Shown here in pieces: positions 49,221 to 60,569 of a stretch of 64,000 nt of DNA. The stretch is from Entomortierella parvispora E1425. Lineage: Eukaryota; Fungi; Mortierellomycota. The notes under the pieces were generated by a model, which was not told the DNA's origin, made no database searches, and was given only the letters and a program-made list of their open reading frames with translations. The stretch covers positions 1,674,001 to 1,738,000 of the forward strand of contig BQFW01000009.1 in assembly GCA_020891255.1 (NCBI GenBank), in the 5' to 3' direction. Each line of letters begins with the position of its first letter. The first letter of the stretch is position 1. The position numbers were made by a program, and so were the translations under genes.

Positions 49221-50507
49221 ATGTCAGACAGATCTTGGTCTCCTCCTCTAGAGTCTCACACGCGCACCTTGACAACCGTCTCTGTGACCCGAGCCAAGCC
49301 AGAGCACCTTAAAGCCATCCACGAAATACAGCTTCTTGCATACCCGGGTCGTGCCGACTTCCATGAGAGCGAGGACGTGTTTCGTTCGAAGATTGAAGCG
49401 TATCCTGCTGGTAACTTTGTTGCGCTTGCAACTTACTCTGTTGTCACCGACGATGATACAAGTGGTTGGACCAAAGAGAGGAGACATTCGGACGAACAGT
49501 CGGATGAAGACCACGAGAATGACGAAGAGGATACCACCCCGTTGGACCACCAAATCTCTGTTATCGAGATTACAGAAACTGCGCCTGATGGGACCACGAC
49601 CACTACTACAGCTACCAAGACTAGCTCAGGAGACGAGGAGACTGTCCACATTGTCCGAGCACGCACACCAGACATTGTCGAAGGTGATGGTCGCACAGCA
49701 CCAAGCAGAAAAGCTCCCGGTTTTCGTTCGTCGACATCGGAAGGAGATTCCAAGATCGGAGAGAGTTCATCTAGCACTACGGGACTTGATGCTGCAGGAT
49801 TGAATGAGGAGACGGACGATGAGGAGCCCATGACCACGGTCCTGTTCCAATGGGAAAAGCCTATCGGATATCTGTTCTCCCACCCCTACAGTCGCGAGTC
49901 TGTGACGCTTCATCGAATGGCAGACAACGTCGTCAAGGCAAAAAAGGCCACGGAAGATATCCCAGCAAAGAAGATGAAGGTGGACTCGAATCTTGAAAGC
50001 GAGAGTGAAGAGGAGGAAAAGGACCCTTATGAGCACGATCAGTTCATGGAAAGGTATTACATCCATGATTGTGCCATTCACCCAGAGTGGAGAGGGAAGG
50101 GTCTGGCTGCAAAACTCTGGAAGGCGCTGGAGGATTCTCTGACGCCTAGCCGAGATGGTGATGATGATCGACAGAATGAAGTCGGTGATTTAGTCGATAC
50201 GGAGGAAGAGGACGACGGGGATCAAGGCCAGGACAAGAAGGCGGGTAGTGCGCAAGACCATGACGAAGCTGCATCATCATCTTCTCAACCAAATCCCAGA
50301 CGCTCTCATCGTCGGCGCCATCGAGGCAAGGGTCGTAGGCACCACAAAGGCGCGCCGAATTTGAAGGATATTGTCTTGGTCAGTGTCCAGGGAACGCGTC
50401 CGTTTTGGCAACACACTGGGGGGTTCCAAGTCGTCCCTGATCATGATATGGACCTCTCTGTATACGGAGATGAGGCATTCTTCATGAGCAAGCCGTTTAT
50501 CCTGTGA
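49221..50507 (+). CDS. Intronless GNAT-family N-acetyltransferase with large acidic insertions
   Basis: HLKAIHEIQLLAYP...ESEDVFRSKIEAYPAGNFVA; PIGYLFSHPY; YYIHDCAIHPEWRGKGLAAKLW (acetyl-CoA motif A); IVLVSVQGTRPFWQHTGGF; LSVYGDEAFFM. Confidence 0.8.
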   Translation: MSDRSWSPPLESHTRTLTTVSVTRAKPEHLKAIHEIQLLAYPGRADFHESEDVFRSKIEAYPAGNFVALATYSVVTDDDTSGWTKERRHSDEQSDEDHENDEEDTTPLDHQISVIEITETAPDGTTTTTTATKTSSGDEETVHIVRARTPDIVEGDGRTAPSRKAPGFRSSTSEGDSKIGESSSSTTGLDAAGLNEETDDEEPMTTVLFQWEKPIGYLFSHPYSRESVTLHRMADNVVKAKKATEDIPAKKMKVDSNLESESEEEEKDPYEHDQFMERYYIHDCAIHPEWRGKGLAAKLWKALEDSLTPSRDGDDDRQNEVGDLVDTEEEDDGDQGQDKKAGSAQDHDEAASSSSQPNPRRSHRRRHRGKGRRHHKGAPNLKDIVLVSVQGTRPFWQHTGGFQVVPDHDMDLSVYGDEAFFMSKPFIL

Positions 50508-50983
50508 AGAAGGGCAGGCTATAACAAGTTTTGCCTTAATAAACACTCTGATCGCGAACGGGCACAAGAAAAATTCATGCACCAGATGTTTTGTGCCCCG
50601 GCTCTCACGGTTGTCTGCAAGCCTGTCCCTTGCAACGCAGAGCCCTGGGGTGGACACAAAGATTGATCCCGTTGCATAGCGCAAGGTGCCTGGTCTAAGC
50701 TGCAATTGGTAAAGGCGGCGGTGGAAGACAACAAAACACAGATTGCGACCGACCGGCTGAGATCTGACAAGACTTGCCGGATGATAGTCGAGCAACCTCT
50801 GTGCCGACCCGCGCAATGACACCTTCTCTCTTTCCCCTTTCTTTTTTTCTTTTCTTTTCTTCCTTTAAAGCCTCTTTGTCTCCCTCCACAAAACAAAAAC
50901 TCGTTCGTTCATTCACTCTTGACCAGTCCACCCTTTCCATTCTCATCATAAAGTCTCCTCCCATCCCACCATCTTAATTCGTC

Positions 50984-53923
50984 ATGAGTAAGCTTCCATG
51001 GAATGAATGCAATCAGAGCTCGCGCCACCAAAATCGCGTCTTTGACTTGACGATTGACTGTTTTATTATTCTTCTATACCCCTAGCCCCCATTGCCGCCG
51101 GCATTGCTGCTGCTGTTGCAGCTGGCTATTATATTGATGGAAAGTATCAATTTAGCAAGGACTTTCAGGTCGTTCGAATTGGCGGAAAATCGAGAAGATT
51201 GTAAGTCACTGGCGATGGGCCGCGTGAGAAAAATCCGGCATTTGCCGGCCTGCCGGGCCATTGAATTTTGAAGCCATCGATCGGTTTTGAGAACAGAAGC
51301 CGCGGAAGAACATGCCCCTGTGAGTGTGGGTGCCACAAAACAGGCCAAATGTTCTACAGAGGACAAGGAGTAATCTGTGGAGATGTGGAGCGTGAGCCTT
51401 TTTGTGTGTGAAGCGAGGCGAAACTTTGAGCCAAAAAATATTGGGCCGCTGCCCGTTTTTGTTGTCTTGCTCATTGCTGACCCGGACCCCCATCCTCTTG
51501 AATTAGATTCGAGCACTTCGAGGCCACCAAAAACTGCAGTCTTTACAACCGATTCGAGGACCAGTGCCGGATCCGACCCTTCTCGGTGGCTCTCATCTTT
51601 GAGGGAGCCTCTTACACCTGGCGCGATCTTGAACTAGGTAAACAACCCTTCATGCCCGATCGGCTCGGCGAAGACAGAAAAGAATTTCCTCGTCTTCCTC
51701 ACTGCATCAGGCAACTAACCAACCCAACATTGACTGCATGCGCAAACTTGTGATCGTACATCCACAGCCTCGAACCGGATCGTAAGTTCAACCGGCCGAT
51801 CAAGTGATGAGATCGCCTCATCATCTCTTCATGCACTCACTAATCCCCCTACCTTCTTTATAGGCCAATTGGTTTGTCGGGAACGGTATCCGCAGGGACG
51901 ACCGCGTCGCCATGATGATGCACAACTCGCCACAGTTTATCATGACATGGCTCGCCATCCTGAAGATTGCTGCTGTCCCTGCATTCATCAACAATCAAAT
52001 TGCTGGCCCCGTTTTAGTTCACTCTCTCAAGGTTGCCGACGCTAAAATGTTGGTGTTTGACTATGAGGTCGAGCCATCGGTTCAAGGGTGCCTTAAAGAG
52101 ATTCAAGATCTCGGTTACCGACTCTTTACCGCGACACCCAAGGAACAAATCCTTGGCCAAGTGTACAGCCATCTTCCTGAAGATGTCCGCCAAACCATTC
52201 AGCTCCCAACCTACTTTGGGATCATGGATTGGCAGCGCTGTAGCACTGAGGGCTTCCCTACTAGCACACGCGAGCATGTGGCCATGAAGGACCCCTCGGC
52301 TTTGATCTACACAAGCGGTACCACCGGATTCCCAAAGGCTGCCATTATGGACCATGGACGATGCACTTGTAAGTTCACTCAGTATCGCACATATCTCTGC
52401 CCTACCTATCTAACAACCCCTAATGTTTTGCATATTGATCTGCAGTGGCAACTCACTCTTGGGGAATGATGTGCGATATCAAGCCCGAGGATAAGGTCTA
52501 CATCTCTCTGCCGCTTTACCACTCTGCCGGATGTAAGATACTGTCCTATTCATGCAAGATGCTATGATTGTGACAAGGAGATGAGTCGATATTCATCCTT
52601 CGATTATAGGCATCATTGGTGTGGGACAGAGCTTTACAACTGGATGCACTGTTGTCCTGGCGCGCAAATTCTCGGTCTCCAACTTTTGGAAGGATTGCAT
52701 TATGTACGATGTAACCCACGTTCAGGTAATACACGAGTCCCAGAGGCAAACTCGTCAAGATCGCGTGTTTTGAAAAGATTTATGATATTGACACAGATGT
52801 GTGTCCTCGACTCCTTTTTTTTCTAGTATATTGGCGAACTTTGTCGCTTCCTGGTCAACGCCCCCGAAGGTCCTCTTGACAAGAAACACAAAGTGAGGAT
52901 GGCTTTCGGTAACGGCATGCGTCCCGATATCTGGGGCAACTTCCAGGAGCGCTTCGGTATCAAATCGATCTTTGAGTACTATACAATGTCGGAGGGCACT
53001 GGAGCCTTGTTCAACTTGGCCAAAAACAAGCGCGACCAAGGCGCAGTCGGATTCAGAGGTCCTATTGTCAGGTAACAAAATGGTCATCGGTGTCATCTGT
53101 CATAAGCGACGAGGCGCGTTTGAACGCGAAGATTAAACTTTGAAACTCTTCTAGACTTCTCCAACCTGGCTTCAAGCTGGTCAAGGTCGACATGGACACC
53201 GAGGAGCTCATTCGCGACAAGAAGACGGGCAGGTGTATCGAGTGCGGTACTGATGAGGTTGGCGAGTTGCTGACTTTGGCCGATAACAAGACCCACACCT
53301 CTCGCTTCGTCGGATATTTCAATCAGCCCAAGATGTCCAAGGCCAAACTTGTTGAGGGTGCTTTTGAAAAGGACGATGTTTACATGCGAACTGGAGATCT
53401 ACTGTACAAGACCAAGGACCAGTACTGGTACTTTGCCGATCGTGCTGGAGACACCTTCCGCTGGAAGGGGGAGAATGTGTCAACAGCCGAGGTGGGCGAC
53501 ACGATCGGGCGACTTGATGGCGTGGCCTCTTGCACTGTTTATGGTGTTTCCGTCCCAGGTCAGGAGGGTCGCGCTGGTATGGCAGCACTGTCGTTGAAAG
53601 AGTCGATCGTGCTGCCCGCAGGGTCTGATGGTCGGGAGAAGGCCCAAGTCGATGAGGCTGCGTTGGATGCGTTTGTCAAGCGATTGAGCGAGCACTGTGC
53701 CAAGAATTTGCCAGGCTATGCTGTGCCTCGATTCATCCGCATTTGCGAGCAAGAGCTTGAGACGACTGGAACGTTCAAGAACAAGAAGTTTGATTTAAAG
53801 AAGGAGGGCTTTGACTTGGTCAAGATCCAAGAGCGCATGTATTGGTGGACCCCCCAGGGACGCTACGTCCGCTTTGGCCAGGCAGAAAACGAGGAGATTC
53901 TGGCTGGACGAGCACGCCTTTGA
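50984..53923 (+). CDS. FAT1: Very-long-chain acyl-CoA synthetase / fatty-acid transport protein
   Basis: ALIYTSGTTGFPKAA (AMP-binding); YIGELCRFL; RMAFGNGMRPDIW; IFEYYTMSEG; YMRTGDLL...YFADRAGDTFRWKGENVSTAEV (FATP motif); ETTGTFKNKK. Many introns. Confidence 0.93.
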
Positions 53924-54181
53924 GGGGCCATGTGAGTGTCACCCTGGACTCGCGCACTCTTCAAGCAAAAGGATGCAGAGAGGACAGTGCGAACAGCAGA
54001 TAGAATATAGCCCGTTGATACAAATTCGAAGGACCATGCGACCCGCGTGTGTTTGTGGCACGACCAATCTTCCTTTTTTTCCTGTTTGTCTGGCATGCTT
54101 CAATCACATTGGTCTCTTGTTCATTCCATTCATGCATTTCATTGAACCCCCCTTCTGCCCACCATACATCCAATCCATGCA

Positions 54182-56268
54182 ATGATCCTCAATCTGATTA
54201 CCACAGCTCTGGTGCTCTGCATCCTCGGTGTTGTCTTTCTCCTGATTGCCTACGTGGTATGATTGCAATGCAGATCTCTCTTCTCAGCACGCTCTTCTTC
54301 TAACTCTGGGTCTGCTCTATGTAGACGTCCCTTGCCATCCTGCTCTTCCTCCCCTGGACTCAAGCATACCTAGTCTTTGCTCACTGGCTCAAGCTGCAGA
54401 ACCCTTCACGCCTTCTGACGCCAGAGGCGTATACCCTTCGTCGTAAGCTGTTTTTCCAGAAATCGTCTGAACGGGTGAATGCATATCTTGAATGTGGCGT
54501 TGACACTTTATTGTGCTTTTACCTCTCTGTTTGTCTGTATGCTCCGACCAGCATTCACCACACGAAACATTAGGATAGCAACCTCGGACGGCCTGCAACT
54601 CGGAGCATGGCACATCTTGCCCAAGAGCACCCCCCGAGGGGTGCTTGAGAAAATTCAAGAATCGCATGCTAAATCTTCAACGGAAAGTAACGAGAGCAAT
54701 GAAACTGATTCTACGGGAACCGAAAATGATCCCACTACCATACTGTTTGAAGATGCCCTCAAGACTGCCGAGAAGGTCGTTCTCTATTTTCATGGCCAAG
54801 TGGGTACGTGTTGATCGGTTCAAACTTGCTGGTGTTTGCAATGGTCTTCAAGGCTTGATATAGCTAACTGGGAGTCCACCTCTTTTCCCCCCTGCAGGTG
54901 ACCGAGGCAAATCCAACAGAATTTCGACATACAAGGCCATCCAAGAGGCGATGCCGACGGCGCACGTTGTCACGATTGACTGTAGAGGTTATGGAGATTC
55001 GGATGGTTTCCCGTCAGAGGCTGGATTCAAGACAGATGCCATGGCTGCATGGTTGTGGTTGACCAAGCGTGTGGCGAGTGAGGCAGTGGTGGTCTATGGT
55101 CATTCCCTTGGCAGTGGAGTTGCCACAAATCTGTGCTTGCAACTGGAAGAGCAACAGGATGCACCCTTGGCTCTTATCCTCGATGCGGCATTCACATCCA
55201 TGCCAGAAATGATGACCGCATATCGGTAAGGAACAATAATGGAGCTCACCCTGTTCTTTGGCCTCATGTTTTTTAACGTTACGGGCTTGGAAAACAAGGC
55301 GATCAGACACTAATACACAGACGAGTAGAAAGATCCCCATAGTCCGCCCATTTGCGCGCTTTCCCTATCTACTCAACCATTTCAAGACAAGGATGTTGGA
55401 TCGGTTCGAGACGGTTCGGGCAGTGGAAGCTATTCGGTCGCCTTTGTTATTGATCCATGGACAAGAGGATGCGGACGTGCTTATTTCAAATTCACACACG
55501 CTTTTCCATACAGCCTTAACCGCACGGAGACTTCATTCATATACCAAGGAACTCGCTGTCACCGAAGCTGGGGAGGCGGCATCTGCAGAGGAGGAACTTG
55601 CGCGTGCAGGGTTGGAGTTGTCATTTCAAATCAGCCATACAACGAGTCGGATAGAACGTGTTGCCAAAGATGGAGCCCTTTCACGACGCGGACATGGAGG
55701 CGAGGTCCTATCAGAGGCTGTAGATGTGACAAAGGATACGCCGTCACTGCCGTCACTTACTTCTTCTAACAGCGGTGACGCTGGCCTTGGCAGCGGTGTG
55801 ACGAGTGGTAGCAATAGTACACTCGTAAACTCACCTCGTTACGGACCAAAGGAACCAGAGCCAGGGGAGATGCACGAACATGGACAATGTCATACCGTTC
55901 AACTGGATTTTCCTCGGGAGGGTTCATTAGAGTATAATCAGGACTACCAGATTGGATTCCTTACAGTTCAGTACGCGGTCCACAACAACTGTAGTGATTT
56001 TGAGATTGCAAGAGAAGTCCTGGGCGCGTTTTTGAGGACAGTGGAGAACCGCAAGTTCGTCCACGGCCGTTCGACCTCAGCCAATGATGTGAGTCAGGAC
56101 AAGACGGATGGAGCCAGCAGCGATACCAGCGACAGTCAAAGTGGCAGAAGCGGCATCAGCAGCAGCAGCAGCAGCAGTAGTCGACTCGAGCAGGATCTTG
56201 CCAAGGTTCTCTGTCTCGACAAGATCGGGTCCGTGGACCTCTGCGAGGTGCCCGAGGTGGTCGAATAA
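54182..56268 (+). CDS. Alpha/beta hydrolase, ABHD12/BEM46-like
   Basis: IATSDGLQLGAWHILP; VVLYFHGQ; IDCRGYGDS; VVYGHSLGSGVA (GxSxG nucleophile); LILDAAFTSM; PLLLIHGQEDADV; HNN. The 5' exons are approximate. Confidence 0.8.
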
Positions 56269-56601
56269 AGTGCACGTGACTTTCATTTTCACATTTTTTT
56301 CCCTGCCCAAGTGAATGGTCAGAAGGGAAAAAGGATTTCCGTGTCTGCTCGCCCTTTCAATCTCTTTTCTCAGCAAAACAACATCCATCTCGCTACCTTT
56401 ACATCGCGCGCCAGATCACCAAACAGCTACTGCGAAACACTGTCAGGATCCAGGAACCAGGAGACAGGAATCTGATTCAGGAAGCCAGGGCGTCAAGCGA
56501 TCCTGCCCCCACCAAACCAATCACGTCCATTTCCGTTGACTCCCACCCCAAAAAAAGCGAGGATCGTGGAACCCAAGCTCTCGTCTTGACCACAGACAGC
56601 C

Positions 56602-59600
56602 ATGGCTCATCGGAAGAGGCCCGCTTCTGACCTGGCCTCCAGAAAGCCAAAGATTGTATACCCCACGACATTGCAGCCTGACCCTCAGGACAGAGTCCCG
56701 ACCATGAGCATCGCTGACAGGTAAAGAGTCACGTCACGACGCCCAAGCTCTTTTCTTCGCGCTTATTTTCTTCCGCGGCGGACCAGAAGGCTAATATCGA
56801 TATACTCTTTTCTTCAGTGCAATGCTCCAGGCGACGCTCAAGCAGTCAAGATACAATTGGACACACTCTGCCTTCACACGCTTTATTCCAGAGCCGGCAG
56901 TGCGAGGACCCGGCGGGAAGAAATATGCCTCCGAATTGTCGTTGACCAGCGTCTGTACAGTCTGCATTGGGCCACACATCTTTCTTGATACAAAGTTCTA
57001 CACAGTCCACAACCCAGCACCCCCACCGGCACCTTCACTGACACCCACACCTGGACAGGACACGCCTACGACATCATCCCCGACCCCGAATGGAACAATC
57101 CCCGCGGAGGATTACCTATCCGCCATTCCATCCTCACCTGTCGTCATAGGAGGAGCACCATCAGCGGAACGAGTTCTTGAACTGATTATGATCAAGACCG
57201 CCAGTACTGCTGCAGAGGCTGAGGAAGTGGCGGCAGCGGCAGCAGCTGACGCTGATTTGGAGGCCTTTGCGGCGTTTGAAAAATCCAGCGCGGGAGCACT
57301 TGAACCAGAATCGTCGGGACAGGGATCAGAAGGATTGTTGGACGTCAAGGATACTACAGCACCAGTACGCCCACGATCGCTGGTGGAGTCAATGGACAAG
57401 ATGAAGCTCTTTTCAAAGGATTGGTCGACTTCGACCATGATTTCAGCTTTGCCCTCATCTTCAAAAGGACGCTCACCACAGGTACGGCAGGAGAGACCTC
57501 GTCACCAAGTCGCTTTTGAGTTCAGTGAGGCTCCGGGTCATCGTTGGCTCTTTCCCCGCGAATCTTCTATTGAGCTTGCGCCTGCAGTCAGCGGAGATGA
57601 CGAACCTCGGATATCGGCTTCATTCTACCTTCCAACCATGGAGGAAACTCGTGTTGGACTTGCTGGACCAGGCGCCATACCAGTAACAGGACTCATCCCG
57701 GGGCCAGCTCAGGCCACCACCATGGTGATCCTCCAAGCATCGATGGAACTTTGGAAGGGGCTGGAGCAATCGATCAATGAAAATGCCGCCACATATCGAT
57801 TCATGATGGACAAATTGAGGCACGCACCTTCTCGGACGTATATCCCATACCGGTTGCCTATCGACTTTCCCAATGAACGACTAGAGCCTATGGGGCTAAA
57901 GCTGGTTCCAGATCACAAGGTTGTCACCCTGGAAAGTTTACAGACTCCAAAACGAGGACCCGACACCGAGGTATGTTTTCTAGACTCAGCTCTGAGACGG
58001 AAGTATTGATGCGATTTTAGATACACCGAAGCTAACATATGCTTCTCGCTTGTACATGCATTAGGTCGAATACCATTCAAAGGCTAAATCAAAACGAGCT
58101 CGGAATCAGGATGATCAGGCCTTTTCCAAGTCTATAGTTCCAGGATTCGGATCGAGGAATGGCGTAAATGTTTCTTCATCATCACTGCTGTCGAAGCAGT
58201 GTCTGTATTGTGGCAGAAATCAAACGCCCATGTGGAGACGTGGACCCGCAGGGAACCATACTCTGTGCAATGCCTGTGGATTACAATGGAAATATGGCAA
58301 GATTCTTCAAGATCAAGGAAGATATCACGATATAGAAATGACCCCTGCAGCCAGTCACCCAGAGCCTCCACACTTGATCACGACTGCGGAGGCCGCTGTC
58401 AATATGCACAAGGATGAGTCGTTCAAAGATCACTCGATTATAAGCGCAGTACAGGAGCCTCAAAGCCCAGAAGGACTTCGGCCGCAGAGTAAAAGTTCAG
58501 CCAAGAGGTCGTTGCCACTGGATGGAAGCGGCTCGGCGTCTGAAGGAGCCGAAAGGTCGACGCCATCATCAAGGAAACGCCCTGCTAGCAAAGGTATGTT
58601 TCAAAGAGGACTATATTGTCAAGTGGATGCGACTGCAGCCATACTTACCCGCCTGCACTCTCCATGATAGCGTCAGTAGCTTTTGACTCTGCTGGACCCA
58701 AAATGGTTCCCATCCATCAGATTGGCGACATGCAAAAGCAGAGCAGGATAGCAACAAGTCTGAAAAAGGATAGAGTCCTTCCTCCAGTCTCCACAACTCT
58801 GCCTAGAACAACCTCAGCAGATATTTCCATGGCGGCGTCAGAATCTCCAGTCTCTCAAAAGTCATCTGCGGCTAGTTCAACAGTGGTCACCCCTACTACT
58901 GCATCGTCGCCATCACTGGTCACAGCAGCAGCCTCCGCTACACCAACTTTAACCACACCCATGCAGCAGCAGTCTCAGACCTCACCAAGTTCAACGCAAA
59001 AAGCAACAACAGCTGTACCAAAAGCCACCACTGCTGCTATACCCAAACCAGCAACAGCAGCCTCTGCTGTGAAGACGACCGTGGCCAAGCCAGCCACTCC
59101 AAGAACAGCCAAACCCAAAGCTGTCCCGCCACTTCAGACTACTACATCAACTACAACTACGACGACGACGAATGCAATTTCATCTACATCAGCCTCCACA
59201 ACAACTACTCCAAAACCATCGCCACCAACGTCTTCTGGCGCAAAGATGACACTGTTAAAGTCCTACGGTATTGTTCCAAAGTACCAGATGAATCAACCTG
59301 CGGCTGTAGCGACTTCAAATCTAGCAGACAATGGCCTGGCGCTCTACGCGACAAAAAACCTGTACACCAACAACACGGCGACTTTTCCTCTTCACTTCCC
59401 TACGATCTCGATTGCATTTGGACCGAACAATGCCCACTATATGTACCCGAACTGCGCCGTGATCTTGTTTGAAAACCATTTCCAGATCAAATTGATTCAA
59501 GGAAGTGACCGTACCGAGATTGATATTCGGAAGGAAGGGATCGAAAGAACCGAATTCCAGGTTGTGGATGTGGGCGATGGCGAAAGCATGATACTTCTCA

Positions 59601-60031
59601 AGGCGACTTTACGACAATATCTGACCAGGTATGAAGAGTCGATTCAGTCATCGTCCCTCAAGCAGATATGGAAATGAGAGAATATTGACGACTAATTGGC
59701 TATTTGTACAAATAGATTTGGGAAAGACTTGCTGAACCCTGACAAGAACGAAAACACGCTCATCTTTCGATTTCGGGAACGACTGGATGGAGGAGGGCCT
59801 CCAGTCAAGCCACTGCTGGAACAATGGCTTACGACCGAGATCCCTGTTGCAGGAGCACCCTCATCAGCGGCGGGTGGATCCAATTCTTTGCCCCCGACGT
59901 CTGGATCGTTGACCATTGGCCCTACATCATTGTCATCGACCAGTACGCCGCTGAGTAGCGCTCAGACGAGTACGAACACCAGTGCCAGTACTAGCGCCAG
60001 TACCACACCGACGCTATCAAGACCGTCATGA
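56602..60031 (+). CDS. GATA-type zinc-finger protein (Cx2Cx18Cx2C) with additional uncharacterised globular regions
   Basis: CLYC-GRNQTPMWRRGPAGNHTL-CNACGLQWK at ~58200-58290. N-terminal CIGPHIFLDTKFY segment, Ser/Thr-rich linkers and a C-terminal non-repetitive region. Introns near 56720, 57970, 58593 and 59628. Confidence 0.85.
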
Positions 60032-60569
60032 GGCATAGATACAAAAGAGAAAAAAAAAACCAGAAAAATCAAGACTAATGTAATTACTTATGTTTTGGAT
60101 GCTGCAGTGTGTTTGATTGGTATTATTGAGAAGTGTTTATTATTTGAAATGCGATTTGGAGCAAGTATTAGTCATTATGATGAGCAGCGGTAGTAATAGT
60201 AGTCGTGGGGGTAGTGTGTGGGGTCATTATCATTCCACAAGGTCATGAAAGCATCAAGGGATTCCCCTTTTTTTTGTTCTTTTTGGATGTTTTGGAATTG
60301 GATTGTGCTTGAAAGTACAATGAAAACTCTTTATCGTGCAGGCAAGGCGGAAGGGTATATAAAAGTACAAGTTGATAAAAGGGGAGAGGACCAGACGGGG
60401 ACCAATGATAAAGAGTCCTTTTTCCAAAAGAACAAAGAAAAAAAAAATAGAGGAGCGAGAAACTACAAGTAAAAGTACAAGGGGGCAAGGAGGAAGGAGA
60501 GTAGAGAGAAACGATATACAACAGAATAGGGTAGAGAGAGAGAGAGAGAAAAAAAAAAGACCGCAAGAT

